Notes under the pieces: generated by a model
Told to the model about the DNA's origin: nothing
Seen by the model: only the letters and a program-made list of their open reading frames with translations
The model's database searches: none
Shown here: positions 24,450 through 32,482 of the stretch, piece by piece
Layout: each line of letters opens with the position of its first letter
How positions within the stretch are numbered: the stretch's first letter is position 1
Position numbers and translations under genes: made by a program
DNA from: Candidatus Krumholzibacteriia bacterium
GTDB taxonomy: Bacteria; Krumholzibacteriota; Krumholzibacteriia; WVZY01
Direction: 5' to 3'
DNA: 32,482 nucleotides
Assembly (NCBI GenBank): GCA_036478295.1
Contig: JAZGDW010000200.1
Coordinates: forward strand, 1-32,482

Positions 24450-26362
24450 GTGACAAAACCTCGGACCTCGAAGAGCGTGTACGTCGGATCAAAGGCAACA
24501 CGCCCGAAAAAGTGGATGCGCTGAACGACCTGGCCTGGGACGTCTCCGCCGATCACCCGCAGAAGGCCCTCGACACGAGTCTCTTCGCCCTGCAGATGGC
24601 GAGAGATCTTTCGTACGAAAAGGGCGAGGCGATGGCGCTTGCCAACCTGGGCTTTGCTCACTACCTGTTCTCGGATCACGAGACGGCCCTGGCCAGGGCG
24701 CTCGAAGCCACGGTGATGTTCAAGAAGCTGGGCGCCGTGCGGGGCCGCGCCAGGAGCTTGCTGGTGGTGGCATCCGTTCACCAGAGCCTGGGGGACTACG
24801 ACCGGGGGCTGGCGGCAGCCTACGAGGGGTTGAAGCTGGTGCGCGAGACCGGGGACAAGGCGTTCGAGGGCTGGTCTTTGAACGGAATCGGCGGCGCTTA
24901 CCATGACATGGGCGACTACGAGAGGGCGCTCGAGCATCACAGACAAAGCCTGAGAATATTCGAGGAAGAGGGGCACACCATCGGCAAGGCGCGTGCGCTG
25001 AACGGTATTGGTACCGTGTACCAGAGCATGGAGAAGTACGACCAGGCGACCGAGTATCACGAAAAGAGCCTCGCGTTGTTCCGGAGCGTCAATAATCTGC
25101 TGGGCGAGGCGCGGGCGCTGAACGATCTGGGCTTGATCCACCAGCATGTCGGTGACTACGACAAAGCGCTGGAGTTCCTGACACGCAGTTTGGAACTCAG
25201 AAATAAGGCCGGCAACCGGCAGGCGAAGAGCACCAGTTTGATCAACCTGGGCAATCTCTACGTTGCGAAGAACGAGGTCAACAAGGCGTTCGAGGTTCTC
25301 CACCGCGCCCTGACCATCGCGATGGAGATAAAGGCGAAGCCGCGGGTTTACCAGGCCAACCTCTCCCTGTCCGAAGCACACGCGCTCAACGGGGACTACG
25401 AATACGCCCTGCAACATTATAAAATATACCAGCAGGTCAAAGAAGAAGTTGCTGGGGATCAGGCGAGTTCGCGTATAAAGAACCTGGAGATCGCCCTCGA
25501 AACGGAACAGGCCCAGAAGGAAGCCGAGATTTCTCGCCTGAGAAACGTGGAGCTCAAAGAAAAGAACCAGCAGTTGCGATCGCTGCTTCGGGAGCTAAGA
25601 GAGACCCAGGTGCAGCTAGTGCAGTCGGAAAAGATGGCTGCGCTTGGCAAGCTGGTCGCGGGCGTGGTTCACGAGCTCAATTCGCCGCTCGGGGCGATTA
25701 ACAGCGCTATCGACGTGTCGGCCCGTCGCATTGGGCGCATCGTGGAGGCGCTCGAGAACGGTGGCACAATAAACGAGCTGCGGAACGGCGCAAACCTGAA
25801 AGAGATGCTCGCCATGCTGGTGAGCGATCACGATGTGACCCTCGCCGCCAGCAAGCGAATAACCAAGATCGTGAATAGTCTAAAGAGCTTTGTGCAGCTG
25901 GACAGGGCCACGTTTCAGGACACCGACCTTCACGAAGGTATCGACAATACCTTGATGCTCGTGAAGCATGATTTCGAGAATCGCATCAAACTGGTGAAGG
26001 AATACGGCACCATCCCGCGCGTGCGTTCCAATCCCGGGGAACTCAATCAAGTGTTCATCGCCCTGCTCAGCAACGCGGTGCAGGCCATTGAAGGCGTGGG
26101 TACCATTACCATACGGACCTTTATGAAGAGCGGAAAGGCGCACCTTGCCTTTTCGGATACGGGGGTAGGCATGTCCCCCGAACAAATGGAGAAACTGTTT
26201 GAGCCGGCCATCAGCAGGCGGGGCGCGAGGGCCAAGGCCGGGTTGGGGCTGTTCACGTCGTACAATATCATCAAGAAACACGGTGGGGATATCGAGGTAA
26301 ACAGCGAAGTGGGAAAAGGCACTACGTTTACTTTGCGGTTGCCGGCGGAAGGCGGCTTGTGA
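24446..26362 (+). CDS. Soluble TPR-repeat sensor histidine kinase
   Basis: ~40-aa TPR repeats (ARALNGIGTVY, ARALNDLGLIH); coiled coil; QLVQSEKMAALGKLVAGVVHELNSP; ELNQVF..LLSNA; DTGVGM; GLGL; GKGTTFT. Confidence 0.9.
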   Translation: MSDKTSDLEERVRRIKGNTPEKVDALNDLAWDVSADHPQKALDTSLFALQMARDLSYEKGEAMALANLGFAHYLFSDHETALARALEATVMFKKLGAVRGRARSLLVVASVHQSLGDYDRGLAAAYEGLKLVRETGDKAFEGWSLNGIGGAYHDMGDYERALEHHRQSLRIFEEEGHTIGKARALNGIGTVYQSMEKYDQATEYHEKSLALFRSVNNLLGEARALNDLGLIHQHVGDYDKALEFLTRSLELRNKAGNRQAKSTSLINLGNLYVAKNEVNKAFEVLHRALTIAMEIKAKPRVYQANLSLSEAHALNGDYEYALQHYKIYQQVKEEVAGDQASSRIKNLEIALETEQAQKEAEISRLRNVELKEKNQQLRSLLRELRETQVQLVQSEKMAALGKLVAGVVHELNSPLGAINSAIDVSARRIGRIVEALENGGTINELRNGANLKEMLAMLVSDHDVTLAASKRITKIVNSLKSFVQLDRATFQDTDLHEGIDNTLMLVKHDFENRIKLVKEYGTIPRVRSNPGELNQVFIALLSNAVQAIEGVGTITIRTFMKSGKAHLAFSDTGVGMSPEQMEKLFEPAISRRGARAKAGLGLFTSYNIIKKHGGDIEVNSEVGKGTTFTLRLPAEGGL

Positions 26363-26364
26363 AG

Positions 26365-26393
26365 TTGATTCCTTCATGTGACAGTGCTATGCT
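26365..26393 (+). promoter_or_regulatory. Putative sigma70 promoter for the CDGSH gene
   Basis: TTGATT, 17 bp, TATGCT with TG extension. Confidence 0.55.
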
Positions 26394-26510
26394 CTCAGGC
26401 GGCAAGAGCTAACTGCGACTTCAGAGGGAACCCGCGAAAACCACAAGCTTCGCCCTGGAAAGAACCCGGAAACTCGTTTTGGAATCTAAATCAAGCAAGG
26501 AGGAGGCGCT

Positions 26511-27149
26511 TTGTCAGACAAAAGCCAGAAGCCGACCATAGAGCCATTGGAAAACGGACCGTACATCGTCAAGGGGCTCGAAAGTATGAAAAACGCCAAG
26601 GGCGAGGACATTCCGACCAAGCCGCAGATGGCCCTCTGTCGTTGCGGACAATCCGCCAACAAGCCCTTTTGCGACGGCACACACAAATCCATCAATTTTT
26701 CGAGCAAGAAGCTGTCCAACGCTAGTCTCAACAAGCGAGACGACTACAAGGGCAAGCAGATTACCGTTCACGACAACCGCGGCATATGCGCACACGCAGG
26801 GTTTTGTACCGACACCCTGAGTTCTGTGTTCAAGCTCAAGAGCGAGCCCTGGATCGATCCCGACGGGGCGGAGGTAGACGCCGTCATCGCCCAGGTCAAG
26901 CGCTGTCCCTCCGGGGCGCTCAGCTACTCGATCGATGGCGTCGAGCACAGGCCTCAGGACCGCGATCCCTTGATCTTTGTGGCCAAGAACGGCCCGTATG
27001 CCATCCAGGGGGGCGTCGAGCTGGTAGGCCATTCCTTCGGTGAGGGCGCATCCACCGAGCACTTCGACGTGTGCCGCTGCGGCGGTTCGAAAAACAAGCC
27101 GTTCTGCGACGGAACCCACTGGACAGTGGAGTTTGATACCGATGAGTAG
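26511..27149 (+). CDS. CDGSH iron-sulfur protein with two CDGSH domains around a ferredoxin-like domain
   Basis: CRCGQSANKPFCDGTH and CRCGGSKNKPFCDGTH; central CAHAGFC...CPSGAL; TTG start with AGGAGGAGG. Confidence 0.9.
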   Translation: MSDKSQKPTIEPLENGPYIVKGLESMKNAKGEDIPTKPQMALCRCGQSANKPFCDGTHKSINFSSKKLSNASLNKRDDYKGKQITVHDNRGICAHAGFCTDTLSSVFKLKSEPWIDPDGAEVDAVIAQVKRCPSGALSYSIDGVEHRPQDRDPLIFVAKNGPYAIQGGVELVGHSFGEGASTEHFDVCRCGGSKNKPFCDGTHWTVEFDTDE

Positions 27150-27891
27150 ACATGTCGGCGAACGACCGGGCTTGAGACAGAGCGCGTACCGTACGGGGAA
27201 CCGTCCTGGCTTCCGGCGTCTGGCGGCGGTGGCGGGGGTGGCGCTGGCGGCGGTGGCGGTGAGTAACGCGCAGGCTCGCGCGGCCGGGGTGCCGGACACG
27301 GCCGCGTTCGCGGGTCAGGCCGTCGCGTCGAAGAAGCCCCTTTGGCTGATCTTTTTCGGCGCATCGGGATTGGACAGGGGCGAGTTGGCCGCCGAGCTCG
27401 ATTGGGGTGTTCCCCAGCTTTCGGCCAACCGCATGATGGAAGCGGAAATAACAAACGAAACGGGGTTGGGACGCCGTATCCAGCGCGCCATGGAGCAAGG
27501 GCACCCGGTGGCCGATGCAATGGTGTTCAAACTCGTCGCGCATCGAATATCGTTGCCGGATTGCGACCGTGGTTTTGTGCTGGATGCATTCCCCCGCAGC
27601 CTTGCGCAGGCTCGGCACCTGACGGAGATAATGGAAGAACAGGGCAAGGGGGAAGTGACGGCCGTCTACCTGACGTTGCCCGATGAAGTACTCCTGGCGC
27701 GCATGCTCGCCAACAAACGTACCGTTGAGACGGAAGAAGATGTCCAGAAGCGTCTCGCCGCCTACCACGCGAGAATGGCCCCGCTCATCGAATACTACGG
27801 GGAGCGCGGGTCCCTCGTGCGTGTCAACGCAAACCAGTCCGTTGAGGCGGTGGCCGTGGAGATCCAGCAGGCATTGAAGGGTTCGCGCTAG
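27142..27891 (+). CDS. Adenylate-kinase-like protein with degenerate P-loop and N-terminal signal-like extension
   Basis: GFVLDAFPRSLAQA, ETEEDVQKRLAAYH, PLIEYY, VNANQSVEAV resemble Adk; P-loop reads GASGLDRGE. Confidence 0.75.
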   Translation: MSRHVGERPGLRQSAYRTGNRPGFRRLAAVAGVALAAVAVSNAQARAAGVPDTAAFAGQAVASKKPLWLIFFGASGLDRGELAAELDWGVPQLSANRMMEAEITNETGLGRRIQRAMEQGHPVADAMVFKLVAHRISLPDCDRGFVLDAFPRSLAQARHLTEIMEEQGKGEVTAVYLTLPDEVLLARMLANKRTVETEEDVQKRLAAYHARMAPLIEYYGERGSLVRVNANQSVEAVAVEIQQALKGSR

Positions 27892-27920
27892 GCGGACAGA
27901 CGGAAGGGGAGACCGAGCAC

Positions 27921-28463
27921 ATGAAACGGTTGAGTGCGATAGTAGCAACGGTGATTCTCCCAGTGGCGCAAACAGCCTTCGCGGGAGAAGAGCCCGCCGG
28001 GACCGAAAAACAGTTCATGAAGAACATTCGTCCCCTGACCTATCAGGGCAAGCGCGCGGGCGAAGGATATTTTTCGAATGATGGAAAGTATCTGATCTTT
28101 CAGGACGAGCGCGAGGCTGACAATCCTTTCTATCAGATCTACATGCTGGATCTCGAGTCAGGAGAGACCCACCGGGTGTCACCCGGTAGGGGCAAGACCA
28201 CCTGTGCGTTCTTTGAACCAAACGGCGAAGGGGTAATATTCGCGTCGACTCACCGCGACCCGCAGGCAAAAAAAAAACAGAAAGCGGAGTTCGAGTTTCG
28301 CGCATCCGGCCAGAAGCGCGAATTCGCCGGCCAGAGAATAACGAATATCTATGATTACACCTACGCGTTGGGTGCAGTGAAAATAGGCGAGCCCATAGAG
28401 GTAGTGGTCCTTCGGGGCGACGAGCGGATTACGCTGACCGTGATCCCGGAGGCGCGGAAATAG
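27921..28463 (+). pseudogene. Internally deleted remnant: signal peptide and PD40/TolB-like start fused in frame to a PDZ C-terminus
   Basis: RAGEGYFSNDGKYLIFQ...NPFYQIY...GKTTCAFF...IFASTH, then abruptly EFAGQRITNIYDYTYALG...VVVLRG; both domains incomplete. Confidence 0.65.
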
Positions 28464-28497
28464 GTCCGAGGCTTTGGCTCACGGCCCCAACCACGCC

Positions 28498-28527
28498 TTG
28501 ACTGCTTGCCCGTGATAAGTATATACT
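28498..28527 (+). promoter_or_regulatory. Putative sigma70 promoter for the two-component operon
   Basis: TTGACT, 18 bp, TATACT. Confidence 0.6.
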
Positions 28528-28700
28528 AATGATGTCTCGTCCGCCTCCCGGCGGCGGTGCCACACTGTGACGACCTTTTCTCGAAGCTAGCAAGCCCTCT
28601 TGGAACGGTGACATCCCCGGCAGGCGGACCCCGAAGACAAAATACGGAGGCGGCAGACAACCCCGCTCATTGGACACCTCAGAGAAAGTGAGCCCCGGTC

Positions 28701-31655
28701 GTGCAAGAGACCCAAGACGGTGCCGCGCGTACGAGCAGCGCTCAAAAAAGACTTCATCTGTACGAGGAACGTTTCAAAACCATCTTCGAAAACGCTCCTG
28801 TGATGATCGACTCCTTCGACCGGCAGGGGCATTGTCTCCTATGGAATCGCGAGTGTGAAAGAACCCTCGGATGGACGCGAGAGGAAATCGTCGCAAGCAG
28901 CGATCCTCTGGCCCTTGCCTACCCGGATCCCAAGAAGCGCGACGAAGTTGCCGAAGCCATCACGAAAGCGGACGGGAAGTTTCGGGAATATGAGGTCCTT
29001 GCCAAGGACGGGTCCACGCGAACACAGCTGTGGGCTAATTTCCAGCTGCCGGAAGGTGCCCTGATTTCAGTCGGGTACGACGTCACGGACCAGCGGCGGG
29101 CGGAAAGAACGCTTTCGGAGTCCGAGATAAAATACCGTGCAATCTTCAACGAAGTGCGGGACGGGATCGTGTTGATCCATTCGAGTACGGGTCAGATCGC
29201 CGATTGCAACCCCGAGTTCGAACGACAGACGGGTCGGTCGCGTGAACAGTTGAGAAAGCTCAAGGTGTGGCAGCTGCGACCGGCGAACCAGGTTGAAATG
29301 GCCAAAGAGAAATTCGAGGTTATCCAGCGGAAGGGACACGGAGGATCCACGAGGCTTCACTTCGAAAGACCGGACGGGGAACTCCGGCTGATTGATTTTC
29401 TCGGTCGGTTCGTGTCCATCGGTGGCGACCAGTTCGTTCTCTCCATTACCCGGGATATCACGGAGCGGCGAAGAGTGGAAAGCGAGTTGAGAGAAACCCG
29501 GGCGAGGACGGCAGCCATCCTCGATACGGCGATCGACAGCATCATCACCATGGATCACAACGGGCGCATCCTGGAGTTTAACCCGGCGGCCGAGGAGACG
29601 TTCGGGTATCGGCGCTCCGACGTCATCGGCCGGGATGTAACCGACGTTATCATCCCGCCCGCCCTTCGCGAAAAGCACAAAAGTGGCCTGGCCCAGTACT
29701 GCACTACGAGAGACACGACCATTCTGGGCAGTAGATTCGAGACTACCGGCATGCGATCCGACGGAACGGAATTTCCGGTGGAACTGGCCGTAACGTGTGT
29801 GTGGGAGGGCGATCAACCCACGTTCACGGCATTCCTCAGGGACATCACGCAGCGCAAGCGAACCGTGGCCGCGCTCGAAGAATCGGAGGAAAAATACCGA
29901 GCGATTTTCAGCGAAGCGCGGGACGGCATCGTGCTGGTCGACGACGAGGGATTAATTGTCGACTGCAATCCCGAATTCGAAGATCAAACCGGCCGAAGCC
30001 TCGAGCAGCTCAGAAAGATGAAGGTGTGGCAGTTGCGGCCGTCTCCACAGGTTAAGCGGGCCGAGGCCCTGTTCCACAAACTTCGCGAGGACGGAACGGT
30101 TGGAGCGGTTGAGCAACAATTCCAGAAGCCCAACGGAAACACGACGGTAATCGAACTTCGTGGCCGGACGATTACGGTCGGTGGGCGGAGATTCAGCCAG
30201 GGGATCACCCGCGACATCACCGAGCGCAAGAGGACCGAGGAGGCGCTCCGCGAGAGGGACGCGCGCCTCCGCATTATGGTGGAGCAGATCCCAGCCGTCC
30301 TGTGGACGACGGATTCGAAGCTTAGGTTCACGTCCAGCGTCGGCGCGGGGCTCAAGGGACTTGGCTTGAAACCCAATCAGGTCGTCGGCATGTCTGTCTA
30401 CGAGTTTTTCGAGACCGAAGATCCAGATTTTCTGCCCATAGCCATGCACAGGAGGGCACTGACCGGAGAATCCGTTACCTATAAGTCCAATTGGGGCGGT
30501 TCCGTATTCGAGTCGCACACCGAGCCCCTGAGGGACGAGGCGGGAGGTATCATCGGCTGCATCGGGATCGCGCTGGACATCACGGACCGCCTGCGGGCCA
30601 GCGAATATTTGAGAAAGAGTGAGGAGCGATACAGCAAACTGTTTCATTATTCGAACGACGGTGTAATCGTGTACGATTTCGATGGGAAAATCATCGACGT
30701 CAATGAGAAGGCGCTGGAGTTGTTTGGATACACGAAATCCGAGATCGTCTCGCTCAGGGTCAAGAATCTGGCCAGTAGCGATTCAGCCGCACTCCTGGTG
30801 TCAGAGTTCGACGATCTCGTAAGAGAAGGGTTTGTGCAGTTCGACGCTGCTCTCAAGAAAAAGGGTGGAGAAGTGTTCTCCGGAGAGGTATCCGCCAGTA
30901 TCATCCAGATCGCGGATCGCCAGGTTATCCAGGGGATCATTCGCGATATCACCGGACGAAAGCGGGCGGAGGAAGACATCAAACAGTCCCGGGAGCAGCT
31001 GCGGGCTCTGGCCACACGCCTGCAGACGGTAAGGGAAGAAGAGAGCACCAGTATCGCCAGGGAAATCCACGACGAGCTCGGCCAGACGCTGACCGGTTTG
31101 AAGATGGACGTGTCGTGGCTGCAAAGACGTATCTCGGAATTGTGCGATCATTCCGAAGGCGAGGAGATCCAGGGGATATTGAAAGCGATGTCACAAAACG
31201 TCGACAAAACAATCCAAAGGGTTCGCAAGATCTCCACGCAATTGCGGCCGGTAGCGCTTGACGATCTCGGGCTTATGGGAGCCCTCGAATGGCAGGCGCG
31301 GGAGTTCGCCAGCCGGACCGGCATATCATGCGAGTTCAGTACAAAGGACAAGTTCGACCTCGACACCCATCGCTCTACCGCTGTGTTTCGCATATTTCAG
31401 GAAATACTCACCAACGTGACCCGGCACGCGGCGGCGAACAATGTGGTTGTGGATCTGAGCAACGAAGGCACGGTCCTCATCATGACGGTACACGACAACG
31501 GACGCGGCATCTCGGAGGACGAAATTAACAGCCCGCGTGCCCTGGGGATTCTGGGCATGCGGGAAAGGGCGCAGATGTGCGGCGGCTCAGTAGATATTCA
31601 GAACGATAACGACAGGGGAACCATGGTCACGGTCCGGATTCCAATGGGTGAGTAA
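28701..31655 (+). CDS. Cytoplasmic multi-PAS (six) sensor histidine kinase, HisKA_3 type
   Basis: Repeated PAS/PAC units ending in DIT/DVT; IAREIHDELGQTLT; FRIFQEILTNVTRHA; DNGRG; LGILGMRERA; start position uncertain. Confidence 0.92.
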   Translation: MQETQDGAARTSSAQKRLHLYEERFKTIFENAPVMIDSFDRQGHCLLWNRECERTLGWTREEIVASSDPLALAYPDPKKRDEVAEAITKADGKFREYEVLAKDGSTRTQLWANFQLPEGALISVGYDVTDQRRAERTLSESEIKYRAIFNEVRDGIVLIHSSTGQIADCNPEFERQTGRSREQLRKLKVWQLRPANQVEMAKEKFEVIQRKGHGGSTRLHFERPDGELRLIDFLGRFVSIGGDQFVLSITRDITERRRVESELRETRARTAAILDTAIDSIITMDHNGRILEFNPAAEETFGYRRSDVIGRDVTDVIIPPALREKHKSGLAQYCTTRDTTILGSRFETTGMRSDGTEFPVELAVTCVWEGDQPTFTAFLRDITQRKRTVAALEESEEKYRAIFSEARDGIVLVDDEGLIVDCNPEFEDQTGRSLEQLRKMKVWQLRPSPQVKRAEALFHKLREDGTVGAVEQQFQKPNGNTTVIELRGRTITVGGRRFSQGITRDITERKRTEEALRERDARLRIMVEQIPAVLWTTDSKLRFTSSVGAGLKGLGLKPNQVVGMSVYEFFETEDPDFLPIAMHRRALTGESVTYKSNWGGSVFESHTEPLRDEAGGIIGCIGIALDITDRLRASEYLRKSEERYSKLFHYSNDGVIVYDFDGKIIDVNEKALELFGYTKSEIVSLRVKNLASSDSAALLVSEFDDLVREGFVQFDAALKKKGGEVFSGEVSASIIQIADRQVIQGIIRDITGRKRAEEDIKQSREQLRALATRLQTVREEESTSIAREIHDELGQTLTGLKMDVSWLQRRISELCDHSEGEEIQGILKAMSQNVDKTIQRVRKISTQLRPVALDDLGLMGALEWQAREFASRTGISCEFSTKDKFDLDTHRSTAVFRIFQEILTNVTRHAAANNVVVDLSNEGTVLIMTVHDNGRGISEDEINSPRALGILGMRERAQMCGGSVDIQNDNDRGTMVTVRIPMGE

Positions 31656-31698
31656 TGGCCGGTCGCAGGCGCCGGAAATTGTTCGTGGGCAGGCGAAT

Positions 31699-32328
31699 AT
31701 GAGAATTCTTATTGTTGATGATCATGCTGTGGTCCGAAGGGGCCTCCAGCAAATTCTGTCCGATGCGGACAAGGACTTCGAGTTCGGGGAAGCCAAGGAC
31801 GGCGTGCAGGCACTGGACGCAATCGATAAGGCGGAATGGGATGCCGTGATTCTCGACCTGTCGATGCCGGGCCGCGGCGGACTGGATATTCTCAAGGACA
31901 TCAAGAAAGACCACCCCAAACTGCCTGTCCTGGTATTGAGCATATACCCCGAGGACCAGTTTGCCACACGGGTGCTGAAAGCCGGAGCCTCGGGCTATAT
32001 GACCAAGGAAACGGCACCGGAAGAGCTGGTGGCCGCCATTCGAAAGGTCATAGGGGGCGGAAAGTACGTCAGCTCCTCTCTGGCCGAGCTTCTCGCCTCA
32101 GAAATCGAGAGGGATCGGAAGGGGGAGCCCCACGAGCGACTTTCCGACCGGGAGTTCGAAGTCCTGCGGCTGATCGCCTCGGGCAAGACGGTGACGGAGA
32201 TAGCCGAAGACCTCTCGTTGAGCGTCAAGACCATCAGCACGTACCGCAGCCGCATCACGGAGAAGACCGACCTGCACACCAACTCCGAGTTAACACGGTA
32301 CGCGATTCGGCACGGGCTGGTGGACTGA
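31699..32328 (+). CDS. NarL/UvrY-family response regulator
   Basis: ILIVDDHAVVR, LDLSMPG, GASGYMTK, LuxR HTH LSDREFEVL...LSVKTISTYR. Confidence 0.95.
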   Translation: MRILIVDDHAVVRRGLQQILSDADKDFEFGEAKDGVQALDAIDKAEWDAVILDLSMPGRGGLDILKDIKKDHPKLPVLVLSIYPEDQFATRVLKAGASGYMTKETAPEELVAAIRKVIGGGKYVSSSLAELLASEIERDRKGEPHERLSDREFEVLRLIASGKTVTEIAEDLSLSVKTISTYRSRITEKTDLHTNSELTRYAIRHGLVD

Positions 32329-32377
32329 GTTGCAGCTGGCGGCTCCTTGGCGGTGCACGGTGGGACCGTTTCGTTGC

Positions 32378-32482
32378 CCGCGCTCCGCTTGCAGCGTCGG
32401 GCGGTGCGTTGTTGGATTGCCTCCTTCGCCGTGCTCCACTTCGCTCGGCTTCCCGCCTGCGGCGGGTGATCCTCACTCGTTC
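32378..32482. repeat. Third copy of the repeat family, cut by the window end
   Basis: 32400-32482 matches 20740-20822 at 79/83; preceded by the same CCCGCGCTCCGCTT motif seen near 20722. Confidence 0.92.

Overview
GC-rich bacterial chromosomal window, probably from a diderm organism because it encodes a TonB-dependent receptor. Genes lie almost entirely on the + strand. In order: 3' end of an SLC13-type permease, citrate synthase, a TrpF-like TIM barrel, a ThDP enzyme plus aldehyde dehydrogenase, a ~5.7 kb insert (membrane Ser/Thr kinase-TPR gene and a convergent TonB-dependent receptor), a GCS2-CBS ligase plus AstE/AspA-type deacylase, signal-peptide MsrB, dodecin, malic enzyme, trkA-trkH, a palindromic repeat cluster beside a small GIY-YIG nuclease, yajQ, an iodotyrosine-deiodinase-like nitroreductase, a TlpA-like thioredoxin, a second msrB, a TPR histidine kinase, a CDGSH Fe-S protein, a degenerate adenylate-kinase-like protein with a signal peptide, an internally deleted PD40/PDZ gene, and a six-PAS sensor kinase with a NarL/UvrY-type regulator. 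The most striking unannotated structure is the insert at ~6093-11828. It is bounded by a 21-bp direct repeat derived from the anticodon arm of tRNA-Leu(UAA). It carries an orphan 5' half of that tRNA with a -10 box, has paired 11-bp-spaced GCACA arm-like sites inside both ends, and encodes no integrase. Also notable are a perfect FNR-type box at class II spacing before the receptor and a modular REP/MITE-like repeat family at three loci. All calls come from reading motifs by eye; no database searches were run.
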